DNA from: Paraspadella gotoi
Taxonomy: Eukaryota; Animalia; Chaetognatha
Assembly (NCBI GenBank): GCA_051294375.1
Contig: JBJCIZ010000487.1
Location: 1 to 8,675 of the forward strand
Length of the DNA stretch: 8,675 bases
Direction: 5' to 3'
Shown here piece by piece: positions 1 to 8,203 of the stretch (position 1 is its first letter; each line of letters opens with the position of its first letter). Under the pieces are notes generated by a model. It ran no database searches. It was not told where the DNA came from and was given only the letters and a program-made list of their open reading frames with translations. The position numbers and the translations under genes were made by a program.

Positions 1-371
1 TGGTGATATGCGACATGGACGATATCCAAGTGCCTGGAAATACCTATGAAACTTGTAATGGATTAACTACAGAAGGCGTCAGTGTTTGTCATCGCTACTG
101 TTCGTAAGTAGTTGTACATACTGATACTCATATGATCGATTCAAAAATTATTATGCACAGATCCAATATTGTTTGCTCAAACTTGTTATTTTTAAAGTTT
201 TGGATTTATTCATTTTTAATACAAAATTTTTCATTGATTATTTTTAGTTTCCAGCATTTACTTGAATACTCGCATTGCCAAGAACTAGGAAATGGATTCT
301 ATCAATGTCAATGCAGTGGGCGGAAGACAAACTATCCTTTCACAATCATATTGTTAAAGAACTATATGTAG
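1..371 (+). CDS. Same peptide family, copy 1, 5'-partial (exon 1 <1-103, intron 104-247, exon 2 248-371, or 248-357 if the extra G at ~322 is an error)
   Basis: 27-103 reads QVPGNTYETCNGLTTEGVSVCHRYC-(TC), with donor GTAAGT at 104 and acceptor TTTTTAG ending at 247. Exon 2 continues in frame as (S)FQHLLEYSHCQELGNGFYQCQCSGRKTNYPFTIILLKNYM*, which is the C-terminal half of ORF 132..371. The first ~27 nt have small insertions relative to copy 2. Confidence 0.78.
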
Positions 372-420
372 ATATACAGGTAATTTACGTGAGACAAAAA
401 TTAGAAAATATATGATCAAA

Positions 421-426
421 AATAAA
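421..426 (+). promoter_or_regulatory. Probable polyadenylation signal of the peptide gene
   Basis: AATAAA lies 50-65 nt after the stop and is kept at the equivalent position in copy 2 (TTTATT 4231-4236) and copy 3 (6988-6993). The AT-rich context weakens the evidence. Confidence 0.45.
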
Positions 427-2198
427 AGACGCCTAGTTTCATAATAAGTATGAAAAAAGATTAAAGGTGCTAATCTATTTTTACTGAAGATCTTGAATAT
501 TAAAAACCAATGGGTTATCTAAAAACTTTCAAAATCTAATGTTTTCAATCTTTTTCATTGTGGTGTATGTAACAAACTTTATGGGGATGAGTGAAAAAAA
601 ACCTTACTTAAAGCAATAAGTTATACAATAATAAATATTGTTACACTTTCTATTTTCAGTTATCCAAAAGCGACAATTCTCAATGGAACAACTTCATATT
701 TTTTTAAACATAGCGAAAAGAAAAGAAATTAAAAATGTTTAAAATAAATTAAAAACCGTAACAAAAACTCGTTTTTTTTTGCAATATGCAGCAGTTAGCT
801 TAAAAATAAGTCCAAAAAATTATTTATGATAGCATGTTTTGAAAAGTTCACATTTGATGTGTAGCAACTTACTGATAAGCAAAGGATTTTCAGAAAAACT
901 CTAATTGCAATTTAAATTTAATTTATAAATGGAATAAAGTTTTAATGTCGCTTTTCAAAGTTAGTTTTATATTTTTGCATGCAATTAAAGAAATTTTGGA
1001 TTAGATTCATTTGTTTGATTAGTTTGATAATTGATCAGTTTGATTAGTTTTGAGTAGTTTAAGCAAACAACTTCAGATGCATCTATGATAATTCATATAT
1101 TATCTGGTAATTATATATTACATTATGATAAGTTTTACCATTTATTTTATTGATAATAAGATTATATTTAGAGAAATGGATTTTGTTGGAGTGATTTGGG
1201 AAGTTATGGTGATATGGTGATTGTGGTCATGCAGGGTTGTCGGTCATTGTTTAGGTTTGTCCATAGAATCTTTAAAAAATTTAGGAAAGAGGATCCAAAA
1301 AAAAGAGAGAATTTAAGCTGTCTAAATGTAAATGATATAGGGTTGTTTTACAGTTGTCATTCAGTTAAATCCGTATACATTTTGAAATTTCCTAGGTAAA
1401 TATATTTGTTTTTTAGTTTATATTGTATACTAGTGTGGATTGATGAAAAGTTTTCAGTGATTAAAAATATTATTTTTATTATTTTATTTGTATAAATAAA
1501 TAAAAGTTAGCCTTTTCAAAGAAATTGAATTATCAGCACAACTTAAAAGTTTATAAATATTAGAAATAATATTTTTAGGAAAAGCTTAGGATTTGCTGAA
1601 AAAATAAAAAACTTTTAAAGAATACATACAATATTTTAATATTATGAATGCAAAAAAATATATAGTATTTCACCATATAATAGTTAATACTACACAATGT
1701 AAAAACAGTAGAAATTTTCTTTTTTTTCATTTTTGACACTGAAGACATTTGAAATTTTAGCAACATCTTTATATTTGTAGATTAAGTTTTATGGATATTC
1801 AGAGAAAATTAAAAAATTTAAAAAACCTTTCAACCCAATCTTACTATTGGTATAAAGATGTTTTATTATAAATATAGTGTATTTTTTTGTTCTTTTTCAA
1901 AAAAAACAACTTTGAGTACATGCTTAAACGAGAAACTTTTACATTTTTAAGAAACTTCAATGGGACAAAACTTTATTTTAGTATGGCTTTATACCCCTAG
2001 TAATTAATTTTTTAATATTTTATTTATAGATAAAAAAGGCTAAAAATGTTTTAACAGATAAAATTGGTTGCTTGATAATGATGAAGATTTTTTACCAATT
2101 TTTTTTGACTCATTATCATGAATTATTTTAAAAAAAATTATACTTTGTTGTAAGCAACTTTTTATAAGCTATTTAAATCTGGTTTTAAAAATAAAAAT

Positions 2199-4677
2199 TG
2201 TTAAAAAATTTTTAGCCTTTTTTACTCTATAAATAAATATTAAAAAAAATTATTACTAGGGTATAAAGCCATATAAAAAAAGTTTTGTCCATTGAAAAAG
2301 TTTCTTTTAAAAATGTAAAAGTTTCATTTGAGCATGTACTCACTGTTGATTTTTTGAAAAAGAACAAAAAAAAATTACATATATTTATAATAACATTTTA
2401 TACAATATGTTAATTTGGTTGAAAGGTTTTTTAAATTTTTTTATTGTCTCTGAATATCCAAAAAAACTTTAATCTACAAATATAAAAGGATGTGCTAAAA
2501 TTTCAATGTCTTCAATGTCAAAAATGAAAAAAGAAAAAATTTCTTACGTGTTTTACATTCGTTAGTATTTAACTGATATGGTGAAATATTATATTTTTTT
2601 GCATCCATAATATTAAAATATTGTATGTATACTTTCCAAGAAGTGTTTTTTTTCAGCAAATCCAAATTTTCTTAAAATATTATTCTAGAATTTTTAAAAC
2701 TTTTAAGTTGTGCTACTATAATTCAAATGTCTTTGACAAGGCTAACTCTTTAATTCTATTTTACAATAAAAATAAAAAAAAATATATTTTTAACTCACTG
2801 AAACTTTTCATCAATCCACTCTAGTAGATTACAGATAAACAAAAAACAAATATATTTACTAGGGAAAATTCAAAATGTGACGAAATTTACTGATAATTAC
2901 TCTAAAACCCTATTATCACTTACATAATTAGACAGTTTAAATTGCTCCTTTGTGTGAGTTCTCTTTTCCTAATTTTTTAAAGATTCTAGTGGACAAACGT
3001 AAACGATGACCAGGAACCCTACATGACCACAATCACCAATATCACCCATCAGCTTCCCAATTACTACAAACAAAATCCATTTTTTTCTAATATATAATGC
3101 TTATATTAATAAATAAATGGGTAAAAACTTATCATAATGTAATATATAATTAGCAGATAATATATGAATTATCATAGATGCAGCTGAGTTTGTTTGCGTT
3201 AAACTACTCAAAACTAATCAAACTGATCAATTATCAAAAACTAATCAAACAATTTAAGCTAATTCCAAATTTATTTATGGCATGCAAAAAATATAAAACT
3301 AATTGAAAAGGAACATTAAAAAAACTCATTCCATTAGTAATATTAAATTTAAATTGCATTAGAGTTTCTGTGAAAATTCCTTTGCTTATCACGTAAGTTG
3401 CTACTCATCAAATGTGATACAATTCACAAACATGCTATCATAAATAATTTTTTGATTATTTTAAGCTAACTGCTGCATATTGCAAAAGAAAAAACGAGTT
3501 TTGCTACGGTTTTTAATTATTTTAAAACATTTTTAATTTCTCTTCTTTTTTGCTAAGTTAAAAAATATGAAGTTGTTGCACTGAGAATTGTCGCTGTTTG
3601 GATAATCTAGAAAATGAGAAAGTTGTAAACAATATTATTATTGACTATAAATGGTTATTGCTTTAAGTAAAGGAGGGTTTTTTTCACATTCATGCCCATA
3701 AAGTTTTGTTACACTACCTCCACAATGAAAAAGATTGAAAACATTAAGTTTTAAGTTCGATACCATTGGTTTTTAATATTCAGCTTCAGTAAATAAGTAG
3801 ATTAGCAACATTTATCTTGTTTTCAATACTTATTTGGTGTAACACTAGGGCGTCTTTTTACTTTGATTATAATTTTCTTATTTGTCTCACGTAAAGTTTA
3901 ACTATTTATCTACATATGAGTCTCCTTGTAACAATATGATGCTAGAAGGTTTTTTTCACTTCGATTCCCATAAAGGTTTTTAAAGACACCAGCGGAATGT
4001 GAAAAAGATTTGAAAACATTAAGTTTTGAACAAGTTTTGGACTGGCCATATTTTGAAAAAGATTAGCGGTAAAAATGGGTAAAAAACTTTATATTTTTTT
4101 TAGGCCTTACCTTCCAAGCAACTGCAGGTCTTGAATTAATTACCATTGTGGTTTTAATATTTCAGTTCAGTTAAAATAGATTAGACCTTTATCTTTTTTC
4201 ATATTATTATGAAACTGGGGCTCTTCTTTTTTTATTCATTAATTTTCTATTTTTGTCTCCACGTAAATTATATTCAAAAATTACCTTATATTCTCACATA
4301 TTAGTTCTTTAACCAATATGATTGGTGGAAAGGATAGTTTGGTCCTTCGCCCACATGCATTGACATTGATAGAATCCGATTTCCTAGTTTCTTGGCAATG
4401 CGCGAGGTATCAAGGTAAATGCTTGGCAACTAAAAATAATCAATGAAAATTTTGTATTTAAAAAAGAATAAATCCAAAATACTTTTAAAAATAACAAGTT
4501 TGAGCAAACAATATTGGATCTGTGCATAATAATTTTTGAATCTATCATATGAGTATCAGTATGTACAAACTACTTACGAACAGTAGCGATGACAAACACT
4601 GACGCCTTCTGTAGTTAATCCATTACAAGTTTCATAGGTATTTCCAGGCACTTGATATTGTCCATGTCCATTCACCA
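2199..4677 (-). repeat. Right arm of large inverted repeat, containing an internal ~270-380 bp direct duplication
   Basis: Reverse complement of 1-2056. It is longer than the left arm because the segment equivalent to ~345-605 occurs twice (3674-3940 and 3946-4322). Confidence 0.95.
3674..4322. repeat. Tandem direct duplication of the gene 3' end / 3' flank (units ~3674-3940 and ~3946-4322)
   Basis: Both units start 'ggttttttttcac...cccataaag...gaaaaagattgaaaacattaagtttt' and end 'gtctcacgtaaa...acata...aatatgat'. The second unit has an extra ~70-90 bp around 4045-4135. Confidence 0.85.
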
Positions 4678-4720
4678 TCATGATGGCGAAAAAACAAAGT
4701 CCAAGAACGATGATTTTCAT
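4309..4720 (-). CDS. Secreted cysteine-rich CS-alpha/beta defensin / macin-like peptide, copy 2 (exon 1 4720-4578, intron 4577-4430, exon 2 4429-~4309)
   Basis: The minus strand from ATG at 4720 reads cleanly MKIIVLGLCFFAIMMVNGHGQYQVPGNTYETCNGLTTEGVSVCHRYC-(TC)|GTAAGT. This has a typical signal peptide (MK + hydrophobic core + V-N-G) and a canonical donor. The acceptor TTTTTAG ends at 4430. Exon 2 aligns with copies 1 and 3 (CQHLLDTSHCQELGNGFYQCQC) but carries several 1-2 nt insertions, so it is not open as written (probable read error). Confidence 0.8.
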
Positions 4721-6159
4721 GATGTTCCTTTAGGTAAAACATTTTTTGCTTAATTGTTTAGGGTAATATGGCTAAAAACCTGTTTTCATTTTTCATAACA
4801 TTTTTTTCTGAAGAGCAACAGACAGTATACAGATAATGTAAATAATGAAAAATAAATTGCTCTGTAATAAGGCTATGTTGTGAGATTTACTTACTATAAT
4901 TTCGAAACATTATCATAAAAAGTTTCTTTTGAAATATTTATTTTGTCACACCTGATCTTTTTTCCCTTTAATATATATATTTTTTAAATTTATCAAATTT
5001 TTATTTACAAAACTTAATTTTTTATAAATATTAATATCTAAAAAAAGGATTGCTAAAATAAATCTTTCTAAAATCCTCATGATTGTTAAGATTCGAAATA
5101 GATTTCTTCTCACAGATTTAGGCAGTATGTCCTAGCTTTTACAAATGCTTTTTTGGGCAAATAATGTAATTATAAAAAAGAATATTTTTTCAAGTTATAA
5201 AAATAAACACAATACAAAAACGGAGATATTGAAAGTGATTTATAGGGAAAAATAAAAAATACCTCATTACGGGTTTGTCTTGAAAAATGATTTGTCTATT
5301 AGGATAAAAACTTGATCGCTACCAGTTGCCTAATATTACCCGTCAATATATCTTTTTTTTTTAAATTTGAAAGTTAATACAATTTACCTTTTTTTTCTAA
5401 ATAAATCCCACAAATTTGAAGTTGAATTCTAGAGTTGGAAGGGCGCAATAATGATTATTTTAAGTTCCTCATTTTTTATAGTAGCACATTGGCATGATTG
5501 GTGTAAAACCACACACTTTGGAAAAAAAGGAAGCAAGCCATGAGGTTTCATGTTAAAAGTCGCCAAGTTATACATGGTGACCATTTGGAACCTGCCACTA
5601 GAAAAAATTCTCCAAACAAAAACGTGAAGAGATTTTAACATTTTGAAAAGAGATACTTGAGGACAAGACATACTCATTTTTTTATGTATAGATATTATTT
5701 CTTTTGGTTTACTTTTAATTTAACAGGAAGAGGTAAAAGATAGCTTTAAAAAAGGGTCTCCCTGCTTGATAAAAAAATTTTTTCTTTCATTCTGGAGCGT
5801 TTATAATAAAATCAATAATATTGATATTGCTTGAAAGCCCATTAAAAACTGTATACTATGATATATTTCCTAATCTGTAGCATAAAAAATATTTTTAGAA
5901 GCCCAGTTAGAAGGTATAGAATTATGACTAACTTAGTTTTAAAAATAGTCAATAGCAAGATATATTACTTTTAAAAAAATATAATCTATATTCCTGAATC
6001 TGTTCTTAACGGGCTTCCTTGTGATAACCAGATTAGCTTTAATTATTAAGATTATTATTTCTTAACAGAGCCATCAATTCTAGGTGACAATTTCTGTGGG
6101 AAAATCTCAAATTTGCTTCTCATCTTTTTTTACTAATTACAAACTCAAAACAAAATAAA

Positions 6160-6246
6160 TCATCAACGACATATTGTGGGGGCGGACCGACGGACCGACA
6201 AAGTGAATTAAAGAGTCGGGATCTGCTGAAGCAGAACGACTAATAA
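6160..6246 (-). mobile_element. Terminus of putative non-autonomous Helentron-associated (HINE/DINE-1-like) element; inner boundary uncertain
   Basis: The minus strand starts TTATTAGTCG, then a stem-loop (agtcg..tctgct-ga-agcaga..cgact, 6214-6241), then 'ttaattcactttgtcggtccgtcggtcc' with GTCC/GTCG-type microsatellite. T-rich end + subterminal hairpin + GTCY-like repeats is the known DINE-1/HINE layout. A related sequence occurs in the opposite orientation at 7477-7535. Confidence 0.55.
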
Positions 6247-7338
6247 ATGGTAAAACTTATCATAATGTAATATATAATTAGAAGATAATATATGAATTAT
6301 CATAGATGCATCTGGAGTTGTTTGCTTAAACTACTCAAAACTAATCAAACTGATCAATTATCAAAATAATCAAACAAATCAGCTAATCCATATTTTTTTA
6401 TTGCATGCAAAAAATATAAAACTAATTTGAAAAGGCAACATTAAAAACTTATTCCATTTATAAATTAAATTTAAATTCATTAGAGTTTTGAAAAATCTTT
6501 GCTTATCAGTAAGTTGCTACTCATCAAATGTGAAACATTTCAAAACATGCTATCATAAATAATTTTTTGAATTATTTTTAAGCTAACTGCTGCATATTAC
6601 AAAAAAAAACGAGTTTTTGCTACGGTTTTTAATTTATTTTAAACATTTTTAATTTCTCTTCTTTTCGCTAGTTTAAAAAATATAAGTTGTTCCATTGAGA
6701 ATGTCGCTTTGTATAATCTGAAAAGAGAAAGTGTAAAATATTTATTATTGTATAACTTATTGCTTTAAGTAAAGGTTTTTTTTCATCATCCCCATAAAGT
6801 TTGTTACAGACACCACAATGAAAAAGATTGAACAATAGATTGCATATTTTGAAAATAGTAATGTTAAATTATATTTTTTAGTATTCAGACTAGGTCTTGA
6901 TTTAGATACCCTTGGTTTTTAATATTCAGCTTCAGTAAAATAAATTAGCACCTTTATCTTTTTTCATCTTATATGAAACTAGGCTTTTTTATTTTGATCA
7001 TAATTTTCTATTTTTGTCTCACGTAAATTACCTGTATATCTACATATAGTCTCTTTAACAATATTATTGTGAAAGGATAGTTTGTTTTCGCCCACTGCAT
7101 TGACATTGTAGAATCCATTTCCTAGTTCTTGCAATGCGAGGTATCAAGTAAATGCTGGCAACTAAAAATAATCAATAGAAAAATTTTGGATCTGTGCATA
7201 AAAATTTTTGAATCTATCATATGAGTATCAGTATGTACAAACTACTTACGAACAGTAGCGATGACAAACACTGACGCCTTCTGTAGTTAATCCATTACAA
7301 GTTTCATAGGTATTTCCAGGCACTTGATATTGTCCATG
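6241..7338 (-). repeat. Third copy of the gene plus ~0.8 kb of 3' flank (inverted relative to 13-1150, direct relative to ~3112-4666)
   Basis: Starts 'taataaatggtaaaacttatcataatgtaatatataatt', the reverse complement of ~1109-1146, and stays colinear up to the N gap. Confidence 0.95.
7055..7338 (-). pseudogene. Same peptide family, copy 3, 5' end lost in the gap (exon 1 >7338-7250, 88-nt intron 7249-7162, exon 2 7161-7055); pseudogene or error-containing gene
   Basis: Exon 1 matches copy 2 (HGQYQVPGN...CHRYC) and the splice sites are intact. Exon 2 has two single-base deletions (TGC_AAGAA and TA_CAATGT) and a TCA>TAA change at 7064-7066, three codons before the consensus stop. True decay cannot be told apart from sequencing error. 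Confidence 0.55.
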
Positions 7339-7339
7339 A

Positions 7340-7364
7340 NNNNNNNNNNNNNNNNNNNNNNNNN
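7340..7364. other. Assembly gap (25 N)
   Basis: Run of N. Confidence 1.
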
Positions 7365-7476
7365 CTTTTAATTTGTGATCCTAACTGACAATAACAGATC
7401 CTACCATACCTAACCAGTCGCTGCGCCAATACATGTAAATAACTTGCAAGGGAATAAACTGAACAAATAATTTATT

Positions 7477-7900
7477 CGACTAATAATTAATTCACTTTGT
7501 CTGTCGGTCGGTCCCACCCCTAAATCTTGTCGGTAAATCATTTTATGCTAAATTAAGCAAAAAAACGATGTCCGTCCATCCATCCGTCCATCCCCCTTAG
7601 CAAAAAACTCCAATTACTCGTGATTGGATAGTTGGATTGGAATAAAATTTTGTGTGTGGTTGAGTTGGATATAAAGTTTCGATGGAATCGTGCGAGTGAA
7701 AATGAGTTTAAATGGAAAAAACATAAGTCATATTAACTTAAATCTTTTTACCAATTTTAACTCATAATTAGTCAAATTAATCATAATTGTATAGATAGAT
7801 TGAGATTAAATTTTGTGTGTGGGTAGTGGGTAGTGTGTGATGAAGCTGGATAAAAAGTTTAGATGGAATTGTGCAAGTGGAAATGAGTTTAAATGGAAAA
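7477..7900 (+). mobile_element. Second member of the same putative HINE/DINE-1-like repeat family, running into the gap
   Basis: 'cgactaataattaattcactttgtctgtcggtcggtcccacccctaaatcttgtcgg' resembles the reverse complement of 6165-6218. There is a (GTCC/ATCC)n tract at 7570-7592 and internal tandem units downstream. Confidence 0.5.
7611..7900 (+). repeat. Diverged tandem repeat, ~160-180 bp period (units ~7611-7772 and 7773->7900)
   Basis: Both units contain 'aaattttgtgtgtgg', 'tggata.aaagttt.gatggaat.gtgc.agtg.aaatgagtttaaatggaaaa'. Confidence 0.85.
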
Positions 7901-8203
7901 NNNNNNNNNNNNNNNNNNNNNNNNNNNNNNNNNNNNNNNNNNNNNNNNNNNNNNNNNNNNNNNNNNNNNNNNNNNNNNNNNNNNNNNNNNNNNNNNNNNN
8001 NNNNNNNNNNNNNNNNNNNNNNNNNNNNNNNNNNNNNNNNNNNNNNNNNNNNNNNNNNNNNNNNNNNNNNNNNNNNNNNNNNNNNNNNNNNNNNNNNNNN
8101 NNNNNNNNNNNNNNNNNNNNNNNNNNNNNNNNNNNNNNNNNNNNNNNNNNNNNNNNNNNNNNNNNNNNNNNNNNNNNNNNNNNNNNNNNNNNNNNNNNNN
8201 NNN
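7901..8203. other. Assembly gap (303 N)
   Basis: Run of N. Confidence 1.

Larger units (their letters stand above)
1..2056 (+). repeat. Left arm of large inverted repeat (palindrome)
   Basis: Colinear reverse-complement match to 2199-4677. Examples: 1980s-2000 'ggcttttatacccctagtaat' vs 2250s 'attactagggtataaagcc'; 1430s 'tagtgtggattgatgaaaagttttcagtga' vs 2790s-2810s 'tcactgaaacttttcatcaatccact'; 31-110 vs 4571-4650. Confidence 0.95.

Noticed and set aside
132-247. N-terminal half of ORF 132..371 (MIDSKII...LIIFS)
   Set aside because: This is read-through of the AT-rich intron (GTAAGT at 104, TTTTTAG at 247). Only 248 onward is coding.
1010-1060. Short TTTGATTAG-like tandem units (also at ~3205-3250 and ~6330-6378) as a CRISPR-like or regulatory array
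   Set aside because: Degenerate ~9-bp minisatellite with no spacers in a eukaryotic context. It recurs only because of the segmental duplication.
1196-2824. ORFs 1196..1399, 1575..1766 and 2621..2824
   Set aside because: Short, F/K/I/N-rich translations typical of AT-rich non-coding DNA, with no motifs, and the frames are not preserved in the opposite palindrome arm.
1-4677. Palindrome as a foldback/MITE transposon with long TIRs
   Set aside because: The arms contain a host-type intron-bearing gene and its flank. No transposase, TSD or modular terminal repeats are visible.
4721-4745. Possible splice or trans-splice acceptor (ttttacctaaAG) 7 nt before the ATG
   Set aside because: Weak acceptor that cannot be supported without transcript data.
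5429-5677. 82-aa minus-strand ORF in a slightly GC-richer patch
   Set aside because: No recognisable domain in this or the plus-strand frames I read. It could be a decayed element or exon but cannot be supported.
6098-6108. GGGAAAATCTC as an NF-kB-like site upstream of copy 2
   Set aside because: Imperfect match to the kB consensus, ~1.4 kb from the ATG, a single occurrence and close to a putative repeat, so it is not distinguishable from chance.
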